DNA of 64,000 bases from Phoronis australis (GCA_002633005.1 NMRA01001020.1:1-64000); one strand, 5' to 3'; shown: positions 24,212-37,612, counted from the stretch's first letter. Program-made: numbers and translations. Notes: a model not told the origin generated them from the sequence alone.

Positions 24212-26340
24212 AACAAGAGATGTGTTGGGAATTTTCAACCTGCTGATTCTTATGTACTCTGGCAAGCGTTTTGCTACTCTCAAGGCCTTGTGTACCGGCT
24301 TACCAGAATTCTGCTAGCTATCAAGGATCACAGCAGGCCAGTCCTGGAAGATGAAGCTGGCAATGCAAGGTAATTAATATAACTGCGCCAAACATGCATG
24401 TTGGCTACTGGTGTGGCCACGACTCAGTATTCAACAGGGGTTTAAAACTAAATTGTAAGTGGCCATTAGCGGGGTAGTGCTAAAATGAGTGATAATTTAG
24501 GACTCTGCTAGAAACAAAGGGGCAAACACAAAATTGAGATGAGAAGACGTGGGAAGGCCTTTTCTGCAATGAACAAGCTATGCCACGTCCTGTTATGTCC
24601 CCAAGGCTACATCAGTGCAGCTTATGACAAAAAGACCACCTGCAATGCTTACAGAAAGTTGAATTTGATTGTTCCTTGAATGGGAGATGATTTAAATAAC
24701 CAAAAATTGTGACATATGAATTAAAAGTGTCCGAGTGTGCTCCACATGTCCTGTGTGGGTGAGCATTGTGTGTTTATTTTCATCCATGCAATGTTTCCTT
24801 GTCCATACCTATGTCGCATGATATCTCAAGAACAGTGCTGTAGTGGGGCGTAGGCGCACGTAGGCGCAGCCAACCACCTTTTGGCATTTGAAGGTAGCGC
24901 ATATGCACCGTACAGTGCTCAAGGTGATACGGTGGGCTTTGGGCACCTACTTACCACAAATTTTACCACTTCAGCACTGCTCAAGAAGGAAGTTTTGTTT
25001 GTATTTTGTGCTGAAGTTTAGATGATAGCCTTGACTTTGAATTCACAGTCACATTTAGAAAATCAAGATTTTACTTGGAAAACATTTGCCCATGCAATTT
25101 TGTGTATTTACACAAAGGTGTAAGTGGCCTATCTCCAGGTGTTAGTCACATTTTGAAGGTCACAATATGCAATTACATAGCCCTGAATGCCGCATCTAAC
25201 CCAGCAACCAACCAAGGGGTTACGTGTTGCCTAAGGTCTCTGTAGCATTTCCATTTCATTGACCTAATAGACATGAAAATACATCAGTTATTTTTGTGTT
25301 CACAAAGGTTGAGAGAGGCTTTCATAAGATTGGTTTCAAAATCATTACAATTTAAAATTATGAAATCCTTGAAAACTATCACATCCTGATAGGCATAGCA
25401 GTGACACAGCTTTGAACATTGGGTGGCCTTCGGTCCTGGGCGGCAGCCCCAGGTGCAGGCCTTCATCTAGGTGGCATCTAGGGTGTCCAACTACGCAACT
25501 TGACATAAATTTAGACACATTAGGTAGGTTGCCCTATTTAGCTTTTTGGACGCTCAAGTAAAGTGTACCATTTTTTTATTTAGCTAACAACAGCCCTGGA
25601 AGCTAACTGTCCTGGTCGAATAAGAAAGTTAAGACATGGTGTAAGATGGGGTAGACTTTATTGCAGACCACAGTAACATTCCACACCATAACAGCGATTT
25701 GACTTAAGGTCATAGAAATAGTCAAGAGTCATTGGTCATGGATGCCTTCATTAATTAGAAAACTCATTTGGAACGCCCTATTCTTTAAATCGTGTATGAA
25801 ACACCTGCTAAATGCTAAGATGTGGTGGGGAACAATTCAGCCACCCTGTGACAAATGCTGTTATTTGTATTGTTTTCTCTTCTTGAAATGTGTGAAACTC
25901 TTATCACTTAATTAACTACATGTAGTATATTTTTATATTTTGAATAATGAAAACATGTTATCCAGTGTTTGAAACGACTTCGAAAAAGTTTCTAAAACAC
26001 TGAAAGAGGTGCATAATGTACTAATTGTTTGTAGAGTTTCATATGTTTCACACTCTTCATGTTTCAGGGTAAATCAATGCTGCTGCATTCATTTTCGTGT
26101 CTGGCAATGACATTGAAACAACTGTTATTCTTTCTAGGGGAGCAACTTATCTTCAACAAGAAGAGCAGGAGACGGTTGTCCATTCCGGTGAAGGCTTCTA
26201 AGAGCTATGACGAGCTAGCTGATATTGTGAAAACCCGGTTAAAAGACATGTCAGACATGCACTGCTTCCATGAACATAAAAGCAAAATTACTCCTGCTTG
26301 TTGTCTGACAACATTGCCGTCTTCGAATGATTGCCATTAG
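24212..26340 (+). pseudogene. Kolobok-type transposase C-terminal exons, degenerate
   Basis: AG-exon-GT at about 24212-24369 reads TRDVLGIFNLLILMYSGKRFA / VYRLTRILLAIKDHSRPVLEDEAG. The exon from about 26138 reads IFNKKSRRRLSIPVKASKSYDELADIVKTRL. Confidence 0.65.
24833..24979. mobile_element. hAT-type MITE, 8-bp TSD
   Basis: TIR CAGTGCTG(T/A)AGTGG with CTCAAGAA on both flanks. Confidence 0.88.
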
Positions 26341-27789
26341 TAGAAGTCAGTGCGTCAAAGAAGCTGCCTGACAGAGGTTATTTAAGATGACATGGCAACT
26401 GGGTGTTATTCAGTCATGTGCCCTAGTTTGTTGCAGAGGATCATCTGGTACTACAGTTTGGTTTATAGTCATGATACATCCAGTTATGCAGAAGTTAACA
26501 TGTCCAGTCAGGCCGTCGACCTTCAAACTCTGCCATGGGCAGTTTGTGTAGTGTCAATTTGGAAACTGTCAAGGCTTGTAATTTTCCTCTTTTAAGAGGA
26601 TTTACTATCTCTTGGTTTCGATTTCCTCTTATTGCATTTCCAATTTCCTCTTTATGTCTCTTTTTTGACCATTATTTTGACTTCTATACCAAAAATCTCT
26701 ATCAAAGACCCTAGTATTAATTTGTGGAATGATACATCACCTGTCATTGATCATTCCAAGCCCTGAACCTTAACTTTGTACAAACAATTTCTTTATGGAG
26801 CGTTTGGTTTACAGAAACACTTTCTACATGGTGAGTAAGATACAACTGGTAATACCAGTTTAACTTGTATTACCATTGGATAGTTTTATTGATTCTTAAC
26901 TATTTTCTCGGCCAAATGTGTAGTCAGTGGTTTGTCTTCAGCTGGGTCATAGAGAGGGGGATATTTGTATACAAGGGTCACCATGAAGCTTCTCTGTTAC
27001 GTAAAATTGTTTTTAGTGATGTTTTACTGCTTAGGCAATTCACATTCATATTAAAACCTGCATTTAGAAATCTTGAATTTGAGAGTGATGGTGTTGAACA
27101 TTACAATATATATTTTGAATGGCTATGCTGTTGGGTTAGAGGTTGTGCTTGTAAGTAAGGTGTGTTACATGAGTAGCAGATTACTCGCGATTGGTCATTG
27201 CAAAAGCTATAGAACTTTTAATCAGAAAATGTTGCAACTTCTGATTATGGGCCATGGCCAAACAACCAGGAGACTATGTCTATTGAAAGGACATCTTGTT
27301 TTGTTAATTTTGTCCAATCATCTTTCTGTCACCTGCTAATGCATCATTGGCGTTAATCAGGAAAGACAAAAGCAGGAATCAACTAAAAACTCATACCCCT
27401 ATCTCACAAATTAGACATTATGTTCCTTGGTCGGTGGCCTTTCCCACAGTTGCATGCAATTTGCTAAAAGCGTACGTCATGCTTTTACTGTTTAGCAGAC
27501 GTTGAAATTTTTTTTGAAAATTTCCTCCAAGTTTTGAGGGTTTTCGATGGTTACAGAGCATTAATTTGTTGCAGAGAACTAGGTGGGAAGTCGATTTTAG
27601 TATTTTACTTTATTTTGAAAAGTTAATCCATTACTGGTTTTTCGAAATTTGGGCCGTTGCCCTACATGACGGTAACTAATTTAAGAATGCTCTAGGTTCT
27701 TGTTGCAAGTCAAAATCCAAATGGACTTTCTATACTAGACTAAGAAATAAAAAGTTCACTCTGACAGTTGTGCTTTCATCTCACAAAGT

Positions 27790-29603
27790 AACAATTGTGC
27801 ACAAGCAGGTTTCAGTGCTCAGCTACAATTTTTGTGTAGCCTGTATGTCCCAATAAAGTCTGTGAATATTTTTGTCCAAACACAACTGTGCAACTCTGTC
27901 CACATGTCTTCCAAGATGTCCATGTTGCCCCAAGATAAAGTTTCTGTATGCCTGATGTCAGTTAGACGCATTCTGATCAGTCTCTGGCTTCAGTGTCATC
28001 ACATTTCGTTGCAGCTTGTCGAAGGCAAGTACACCTTCTCCAGGCAAAACACTTGGAAATCCTGAAAGCATTGGTAAAATATATTACCGTGCGGTTTCGC
28101 ATTACTGTAGATTTGATAAGGAACATTTGTCTCTTGTAAATGAATTATATACAACAGCAACTGGTTGATTGGGGTTGACATCCTATATTGGACAATCAAA
28201 ACGTATAGAATTATTTTCATTATTGCAGACTGAACTCACCAATACTTTTGTAAATTGACATTTGGTTGGTTTTGGATGGGATTTGCTACTGAGATTTGAT
28301 TGTAGTTCTTGGCCAAAGATTGGTTTTGCTTCAAAAAATGATTTGAATTGTGTGGCTGTATATCTGTTTAAACCAATTGAAGATTCAAAACTTATGTAGC
28401 TATAGGAGTGTTTGAGGTCCTGGTGACATTAATATGAATCACCTAAAAATGAAAAAGAGCAGACCAAAAAAGAACTAAACAATTTTGTAAAATATTTCCC
28501 ACTGATATATGTAGTCTGTAGTCAATACTAAAAACTTTGTAGTGATTAAATTTTTAGACAACGGTTTAGTGAATACTTACAGGTAATAATGAAATGCAGT
28601 TAGCAGATTGCTTCCCACAGCACACTTTTATTTCTGGTTGGCATTTCTTGACACCTGTGACACGTTCTGATGGTGCTGGGTAATGATCCAGTGAAGTGAC
28701 CTCTGCTAGCCTAAATTCTAGACGCGGGGGTCTTGCTTGGCGACATCCAACATTAGGTCTCTCAATTCCTTCTTTTATTCATGCGACTGATTCGACCCTA
28801 AAGTGAGAGTAATTCAGTGACATTCACAGTAATAAGAACAATTTTTATAACTTTGTTTGTATTGTTGTAGGATTTATTTGCCAACAAGTACAAAGACAAC
28901 CACTGTATGACTATCAGATTAGAACTCATCTACTGGTTTAGGATTGGGTTTTGGATTAATTCATAGGCGGATTTAGGGGGGGACAGGGGGCCTGGCCCTC
29001 CCCCCCCCCTTGGCTGCCGCAAAAGGGGGGGGGGGGGCTCGGACCCGATCGTATCGGGACCTGCGTAAACGCCTTCTCATTTTTTTGTTTTTTTAGTCCA
29101 CTGTTAGCTTTGTACTACGAGGACCAGAAATTGGAGCAACCCAATTTTTCGGGCTGGGTTCTCGCACTCAATCGTAAACCACACTTGCCCAAGACAAAAT
29201 GTTGCCCGCGGCCCCCTTATGGTATCCTCGATCCGCCAATGTAATTTAGAGATGCAGCCATGGATCGTTTCTACCCCATGCACTAGGTCCAGAGCTCTAT
29301 AATTGCAAACCCATGCAGTCCCAGGGCCTGGAAATTGAATATCACAGTGTCACGCAGGAAACTTATTTTTCGTAAGCAACTGATATCGTGCACCTCCGAG
29401 TTGTACATAATCTCCCAGAGGAGGAAACGTTAACAACCAAACTCGACGAAGTCATGAATCACTAAGACTCGATTGCAGATTTAAAATTGAACACAACTCA
29501 CGAGACTGTAGCCTGTATGTTATGTAATATAGGCATAGACAAGTACAAGCTGGCAAGAAGTCCCAAAACACCTAACTGACCTCGACCGCTTGTACTTGAC
29601 ATG
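27790..29603 (-). pseudogene. KolX-like / P2X7 C-terminal-like gene remnant, multi-exon
   Basis: FQVFCLEKVYL.../N*HQAYRNFILGQHGHLGRHVDRV at about 28045-27890. Upstream AG/GT-bounded exon remnants at about 28241-28443 and 28581-28797. Confidence 0.55.
28962..29241. mobile_element. hAT-like MITE (GGCGGAT family), 5-bp TSD
   Basis: CATAGGCGGATTTAGG...CCTCGATCCGCCAATG with TAATT on both flanks. Confidence 0.88.
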
Positions 29604-31883
29604 TTTCTCTTCCGTCAGCTGATTCGTGTGCATTATGGGTAATCTCTCCACTGGCAACCCCGCATAAATAATGAGGTTTGGCTGAAGGTCCGCCCATTTT
29701 TTATGAATTTAAAAAATTAATAGTAAAATAACGAGAGTATGTACATGGCTGTAATTTACGAAAAGAGTTAATTTTAGTGATATCTTTCGATTGGCAAAGC
29801 TCAATTTGTGATCTAAGCAGGCGAAAGTAAAGGAAATAGTGACTTTAATAGGCAGATGTTTGTGCATGGAAATGGTTTCCAGTAGTAGAATAGATAGCAC
29901 GGGTTCCAGTTAATTGTGTATTGTTAGCGAGGTACATGTAGTATTTGCCTGTCGTAGAGTCATTGTCGCGAGTCTTTCTAACGCTCTTGGTATATAGTGC
30001 TTGTTAATTACGCTTGCTTGCCGAGTACTCAGACTGTGTGTTTTTATTCATTACAGATAACCGCTTTTTCGGTTTCTCCTTTAAAACGCTTGTTCGGAAT
30101 CTTTTCAACTAAATAATAAAGTGTGTTATGTAAACGACTTTTAACTTATCCCTGTAGCCAGACGCTGCTACAATTATATAATGACTCGAGATCGGCTTTT
30201 GTGAAAAGTATATCAGCACAAAATTCCCGGTTAAAACTGTTTACAGTTAAACCATGGTATAACGATTCAAAGTGGCGCATCTGACGCATTTTTATCATTT
30301 TTCAATCTTGCTGGGGTGAATTTTTGTAGGTGGATTCTTTGAGGTATACTCTTTCAAAGGAATCGTTACAATTTTTTCGCAGACTGACCGTTTTGAGTTT
30401 TTTGACTTTCAATTTCAGAAAAAAAATGCAAAGTTTCAATTTTCTTGAAACTTTTGTGTAATTTTGTGGAACTACTCTGTAAGTTAGATTTTTGAACGTT
30501 CTTTCAGAAAATGTATCTATTTTTCGTTAAGACGTCTCTTTTTTAATTATTCGGGATTTTCTGATTACACTGTTCCTTTGTTGACAGATTTTTTATGCAC
30601 TTCTGTTGCTTTTGTTTGTTTCTCTGTTCACTTCTCACACCAGTGTTTTACGAGCGTACTCGTTGTGTCCAATGGAAGATTCAGATGAAGGACATGTGAG
30701 CTCTGAAAAATCTGTACGTCCGAAAAGCGGGCCAACCGGCAAGCGTAACACGACGGACGCAACACGACGACTGTAAATATTCCAATCGTTAGCAGATCAT
30801 CCAACAAGTTTCAACTAAATGGATGTTATACGTGAGGAGATGTCTCACGTAGTGCGAGAAAAGCAACCTAATTTGCTGACAACTTCTTACATCTAGACGT
30901 ACATGTAAGTGACTTTTGTTTTACCGAATTATAATCTACTACAGGTTAGTACACTACTATTTTTGTTCAATGCTACTGTACATTCTTTGTGCATTGCTAA
31001 TTTACAAGTAACTCTACAACTAACGTCAACGGCAGAGGCGGCTCTCGCTTTTCGACTTTTTTGAAAAGAATTCTGGGAACGAAATTAAGTATAACGCCCA
31101 GTAGTCAATTTGGGCAACAAATGAAAGACAGCTTTAAACACCATACAGTCACTAAGATTAAAATTCTTCGAAAATGTCACCAACCTTTCTCTGAGACCTT
31201 GTTTTTGCCTCCTGTAGAAAGTGATACATACGCTATTTACAAGTGTAAATTCGAGATCCACCCCATTATTTTTTCTCATTCTCCTTCTCTGAACACAAAC
31301 TTCGGATCCATTATGTATTTATTTCAATAACAGTTAATTAGTCTGACTATATGTAATGCCTCCTTCGCCAAACTTTATTTCACTCGTCGTTTAATTAAGA
31401 CTATGATGTCGAGCAAAGTTCTTACTAAAAGTGGCGCTGTAGTACAGTAAAGAAATCGATGGGTGACTTCTCGGCGAATGCCATTCCTGGTTTCCACTCA
31501 CTAATACGGTCTGGAGTTCCGAGAGACTCAGCCATGCATTGTGTCCGGGCATAACAAGATAAAACACACTACAAGCCATTGAAACGACCCTACAATTGGT
31601 CTCTCGTAGTTGTTAAAACAAACCTGAACTTGAAAACAATTTCCACACGTATGACCACTTGCCACGTTGACCTACTCTTGGGTGTTACAATTACACACAC
31701 TTCTAACAGGCAATTCCTACACAGCGGAAACCTCAACACCTGAAAATCACCATAAAGTCCTAGTAGCACACGTTTTAACCCTTATTAAATGTTTAGAAGA
31801 AATTATAAAGCTCTTAACACGTGGCTATTAGATTTTGCTACTGTATATGTCACTGAAATTTATTTTACTGACTGAGAACTTAA

Positions 31884-33012
31884 AGGCGAAGCCAACCTTT
31901 TTCACTGACTGTGAGAGCAGTCGAGTCGGTCATTGTTCTACCTCGGTTGTGATAAGTTCGGTCGTCGTTTGGTTTTGCTTACGAGTCAGTCAACATGCCA
32001 CGCTGTTGCTGCGTACTGGGGTGTACTCATTATCGTCTCACGTACTAGGAAGAACTGTACGACTTGCCCGAGTGTCCCGCGACACACTCCCACTGGAGGG
32101 TGATCTGAGCACCCAAACTGCTTACATCCCGCCGTGTGACTCCCTCGCCACACACCTGGCACCCTCTAAATAGCTCCAATACAAGTCCACAATAAACTTA
32201 TCAAACTTAGGCTCACCGATCTGTTCATTGGATGACGAACTGTCCTCTTCACTGGGTGTCGAACTGGGCCTGTATTCACTCCCACTACTCAACATCGCTG
32301 CAGGGCTGCTTACAGGCTCTTGGCTAGAGACAACAGCACAGGGTGAATCACGTTCATTTCCCGGAATTGCACACAATGGGGTACATTCGGAGGCACGGGT
32401 GACAGTACATGAATTGCCTCCAGTCACTGTATATAGTGGCCACAGCTCGCGAGGTTCTTGCTTCAAAAACGCACTTCCCGGGGTTGGCGACGGGGCACTG
32501 CCGGGAATCAACAATGACGTACATGTATGGTACCCTTCTTCAGGCGGTGTTTCGCAGGGACCTTCATCAATTCAGCGTACATATCTCTGTCGTAATCTGA
32601 CGGCAGGAAATGCTTGCCACACACTCGGTAACCCTCCACTGCTTCGTATGTTGCGTGGACGGGTAGCGCTGCTTTCTTCACGCACGAGCTAGCCAAGTAC
32701 GGCGAAGTGTGTCATTCTTCGGAAAGGTACGCAAGGTACCCAAAGCGCGTGTGAGACGATAATGAGTACATCCCGGCACGCAGCAACAATGTGGCATGTT
32801 GACTGACTTGTAAACAAAAGCAAACGACGACCGAACTTACCACAACTGAGGTAGAACAATGACTGACTCGACTGCTCTCACAGTCAGACTATATTAAAAG
32901 AAATTGGCGAGAAATTCTTGCCTCCCAACACGTCACTTTAGGAGTAAAGGACTAGAATTTAATCAAATTACGAAAAGCTTTATTAAGTGAAAAATTTGTC
33001 TAGGATAAGCCT
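31884..33012 (-). mobile_element. Kolobok-like element with THAP-transposase 5' remnant and long internal inverted repeat
   Basis: TTAA|AGGC...GCCT|TTAA. Minus strand from ATG 32797 reads MPHCCCVPGC...FPKNDTLRRTW.../YRVCGKHFLPSDYDRDMYAELM...LKKGTI, then EPKFDKFIV. Inverted arms at about 31905-32041 and 32751-32887. Confidence 0.75.
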
Positions 33013-33128
33013 TTAAGTCCAACCATGTGCTTTCACTAACAAGAGCGAGACATTACCTTGGAATATGTGTGTGAACAAGTGCAAACTGTGTTATTACGTC
33101 ATAACCTTTCGTATGATTGCCGGCTCTA

Positions 33129-33890
33129 ATTACTCTGCGCGTGTAAGCGCAGAGTACTGTTGTTCCTGGGTTTTCTTCAATTTTATTCTTATTCTTATTA
33201 ATCTGCGCTTACACGTGCAGATTACTGTTGTTCCTGGGTTTTCTTCAATGTTATTATTCTGCGCGTGTAAGCGCAGAGTACTGTTGTTCCTGGCTTTTCT
33301 TCAATTTTATTACTCTGCGCGTGTAAGCGCAGAGTACTGTTGTTACTGGGTTTTCTTCAATTTTATTCTTATTACTCTGTGCGTGTAAGCGCAGAGTAGT
33401 GTTGTTCCTGGGTTTTCTTCAATTTTATTCTTCTTATTCTTCTTATTCTTATTCTTCTTCCGACCAAATTTGAGGCTTAATAACTCCAAATTGGGTGCAG
33501 GTACGGTGTTTAGATTCAGATATGGCTTTTGACAGTATATAAATTTTGATTGGTTATATAATCATATTCCATATTGCACCAGAAGAGGTCATTTGGTGCA
33601 AAGGTCATATAATTTTCAAAATCCTACTCCTTCAGTTTTAAAGCTATCTTTTTCAAATTTGGTGCACAGGTACAGTATAAGTCAACATGAAAATTTGAGA
33701 AATTACTTTTCTAAGTAATCGGGTCATCCAATCAGGTGAAATAGGTCAAAGGTCATTTGGTGCAAACTAAAATTTTGAGCTAGACACTTAAAATTGACAG
33801 GTCTGATTGCCACAGGTAAATCAAATCGGAATCCAAAGTTTCAGGTCATTTAGTGCAAACATGGGGTCATTAGGTGCATTTTCCTTCTGA
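33129..33890 (+). mobile_element. Helentron/HINE (pearl-like) non-autonomous element with a tandemly repeated terminal hairpin module
   Basis: About 5 copies of CTCTGCGCGTGTAAGCGCAGAG-TACTGTTGTTCCTGGG, then a (TTCTTA)n microsatellite, then a GGTCATTTGGTGCA-repeat body. Confidence 0.6.
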
Positions 33891-34699
33891 AAATATGACC
33901 TTTTCAATCAGCAAGTATTCTGATGTGTCAACCGTTAGACAACTGTGATTCTCCGCGTTAAAGGCCTATGGTCCGAGTTATAGAAGAAAAAACCTCTTGA
34001 CGCCGTTTAAGCCGGTTTTTTGATGTGACATGGAGTTCAAAAAGTTATTAACTTTCAACTTGTGCAAAAAGTTTGAAAAAAATCGTTGTAAATACTACAA
34101 ACGAATGAAATGTTTACGAAGAATTTAGTATCCCGACTGCTAAACAGATTATAAACATTACAACAACGCATGCGCAGCCACAGATCTAGAGGTCAACAGA
34201 ATTTATACAAATGGCGGGGTCAGAAGTAGATCTATGAAGTGTACGTCCGAAGGCGAAACGCAGTCGTCCTCCTCTACGAGATTCAGAAAAAGACGTGTTA
34301 GCCAGTACAAAAAGCGGCATTACTAACAAACTTTGTACCTGTAATCGACTCGTTCGATAGGTGAGAAACAATGAGGACAATGGTTAACTACGGTCCTGAA
34401 TCGAAGTTAACTGTGCCAGTTGACTTCACAGTAGACAAGCGGAGCGTCGATGCTGTGGTGTACGGTAGTATGAATGATTAACTTCGGTTACATCGAAGAA
34501 GTTATTGTCAGGGGCCACTGCTATCATCGACAATTACCGGGTAATGTCGTCGCTAAACGCTGCTCATATTTTGCTCGAGTAGTTACTAATCGAATTAGAA
34601 ATAGGTTTTTGTGTCCATTAGCACATGTCAATGTTCCCAAATTATCACATTAAAAAATCCTTGTGTACAAGTGTTGCATCAGCACTACTGTGTGGAATC

Positions 34700-34772
34700 A
34701 TAGACTATAGTACATGGACCGCCAACTCCGTTTACTTTCAATGGACGAAATCTGTGGTCTTACGCACAAGCC
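34700..34772 (+). mobile_element. Left terminus of the P-like CATAGAC family, ending at a single N
   Basis: Nearly identical to 36492-36565. Confidence 0.7.
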
Positions 34773-34773
34773 N

Positions 34774-35000
34774 TGCCACTAGGGGGCACACCGGTAGTCG
34801 GATCCGTCCGAAAGTTCGCACATGTCGTCCCATTCATGAATGGAACATAAGTGCCAAATTTCATGAACAGATGTCAAAGGGTTTTGGAGATAGAGCAGCG
34901 GACGCCGGACGCCAGACGCCGGACGCCGCAGAACGGACGGACGGACGGACGGAGATGACGGCATAATGCGTCCACATATAAATATGTGGGCGCATAAAAA
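34774..35000 (-). mobile_element. Helentron/HINE-type end
   Basis: A (GGAC)n microsatellite, then hairpin GCGTCCACATAT-AA-ATATGTGGGCGC, then an A-run. A related decayed copy is at about 44040-44475. Confidence 0.6.
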
Positions 35001-35641
35001 TACACACTTGGTTTATGACCTGGGAGCACCAACAAAAGATTGCAAGAATGCTTCAACAATAAACTGATCCTGATCTTGGAAACTCCTTCGGTCTAGAGTT
35101 GAAACTGTACAGTTCACATTATTTGACTATACCAAGAAACCATTCATGTTAAAAAACAATGGAAAGCACATGGGACACATCTATCTGAATTTGAACGGAC
35201 AAAATTTCATTCAAACGAAAAGTACCATGCAAACCCATGAAATATGAAATCGCTTTGGTAAAATGTAACAACTTGTTATATTTTAGGAGAGGCCTAGCAG
35301 AGCAAAATGTAACAACTTGTTATATTTTAATCAGCACATAATTGAGTGGAAACAAATTAAGCACTGTACAACAGGTAACCCTGTGTACAGTATGACAATT
35401 GAGGTACCTTTTCCCAAAGTTAAACATTCTACCATACCCCGAGCTACCATATCAAGAAATTAAAATGATCTCAGATATTCTGAAAGCGAGCTAAATGAGC
35501 ATTGAGCTTGTGCAAAACATATTGTGTTGGTTGAACAAGTTGACCATGAAATACCTGTAATGGATCACAAATCTTCACTTTTGTTCATTTAATTCATTTC
35601 AACCTTGACACTTTTCTGCTGACAAATATGCAACAACTCAC

Positions 35642-35863
35642 CGGAAATCACAACACCATGAACTTGTACTTCACACAGCGTGAGGATCCCATCTTCATCG
35701 AAAATCTGTATATACAAATAGCGCCCAAACACTGGATGACTACAGTTTATACGTAGTGTGTCTCCTGTACTAGCACGTCCTGGGTAGCGACTACACTGTT
35801 GGGATGGGGCAGGTAGACTTGAGCTGTTGGTTACATTGACAAAAAAGTTATGGAGCCGCTCAC
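35642..35863 (-). CDS. F-type lectin domain 2, C-terminal exon
   Basis: AG/GT-bounded, 222 bp, phase 1-1, open: GERLHNFFVNVTNSS...QCSRYPG...GDTLRINCSHPVFGRYLYIQIFDEDGILTLCEVQVHG. Confidence 0.9.
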
Positions 35864-37612
35864 CTATTGAAATAAGAACAGACAGACATCAAGTGTGAAC
35901 AGCAAGTCAGTGAAAACACAGCAGATCGGTCTAGAGGCCATGAAAAGTGCATATACCAGTGACATCTTTTGGTCAAATACGTCAGTAGTGAAAGGGTCTA
36001 CCCCCAAATTAAGCTCATTTTGGTGTTTTGTTTATTTTTAGATAAATGTAATTCGCGGAGGCTATCTATAAGACCAACCACAAAAATGAGAATGGGAAAC
36101 ATAAATTATAAGTTTCCAACACTTCGCCGAGGAGCATTACACAAAAACTGAAAAAATCTTCACACATCATGCAATCAATGGCAAACGCCCACAAAAAAAC
36201 ATTTTTTTCAAAAAAATAGGTTTCATTGGTATGGAAAACCTTCACGGCAAAAACCTCGTACCGATCATATAATCCAAGTTGTGTTTTAGTAACCTTATTT
36301 ATTACTAAGACCTAAGTAACAGTGTATTCATAATACCCAATTTGTACCAATCACTAATTGTTAGCTTTTGCACCCTCAACTAAACCTCCCACCTTCGATC
36401 TCATTATAACATTGAGTCTTCAATTAAAGCAATATGCAGAATCACAAGAACAGCAAAGATTTCAGTGTAAACAATGCAAACAGACTTGTATCATAGACTA
36501 TAGTACATGGACCGCCAACTCCGTTTACTTTCAATGGACGAAATCTGTGAGCTTGCGCACAAGCCTTTACGTCATTATTCACTGGCGACACCTGGCTCAA
36601 TTATCTGGTGTAATTTCCGGCAAGTACGTCGTCTGCTAATCATGGTCGGTTGCTGTGTGGCCGGTTGTTCGGCTACGCAGGCGAAGTGCAGAGGCGTTAG
36701 CTTCCATAGTGTACGAAGACCACAAAATCCGCTTTGGGAGAAAAAGTTAAGTTCTTGCGTCGACGTGAATGGAAGTTTTTCTTCCAAAAAAAAACTCATA
36801 CATTTGTTCACGACACTTCGAAGATGGGTGTTTTTTAAGAGGCTCTGGTAGGCCTACTACTTAATCCTGTCTTCACAAATCCATTTTTCTTTTCTCCGTT
36901 TTGATGAAAACTATCTGGTAAACTTTTTGACGAAAAATGTCCGCTAAATTTCTTCCAATGGTAGTGACTGGTGAACTCTTGTCCTTACGAGGACCTTCAG
37001 CCATAGTCTAGTGAGCGAATTAACCAAATTACTCTTAGGTGGCCCTGATCAGACGGTTGGTCTCAGCATAATGCGCAGATTTGGCCAGGATTTGGATCAG
37101 CGATTTCAACAAATTCACATTCGTGTACAAATAAATAGGACGCTAGTAAAACCTTTAACATAAATAAAGATTACATTAATACTTCAGAAATAAATACCTG
37201 GACCTGTCAAAATCTATCCCGCAATTCAACAGCAGGTTACATACTCAATTATTTATGTCGACTGTATGCCGCACAAAACTTGAACCATCTTAGCCAAGTA
37301 CGCTGCAGTCTATGAAAATACCAGAATAACGAAAAACCTCGGAAGCAAGGGAAATGAACCCTAAGAGGTAGCAAGCAAGATAAAGGGGGTGGTAGGGACG
37401 TGAAGCTGACGTGTGCTAATTTTCAATTTCATACTTTTATGTGGCATTTTCATAATTTTGATTTGAGATGTCAACTCAGATCAAACGGTTTGAAAGTTCG
37501 GATTTTTAATTTGTAATGAACTTGAGTTGCACTGCACGTGACCTTTTATGAATTTACCGTAGTTGGCTACAGACAGGCCCACCTTTATAAAAACTAGCAA
37601 CGTAGACAAACG

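Larger units (their letters stand above)
21789..30003. mobile_element. Degenerate Kolobok-like transposon (transposase on +, KolX-like gene on -)
   Basis: Left TTAA|AGGCACTAT and putative right ATAGTGCTTG|TTAA (imperfect). Spliced remnants of two convergent genes lie inside. Boundaries are tentative. Confidence 0.5.

Noticed and set aside
33129-33420. Palindromic repeats as a CRISPR-like array
   Set aside because: The intervening sequence is itself repeated rather than unique, and it adjoins a microsatellite typical of Helentron-type ends.
33962-34450. Another TTAA|AGG Kolobok left end with an N-terminal exon
   Set aside because: There is no matching right terminus and the peptide similarity is weak.
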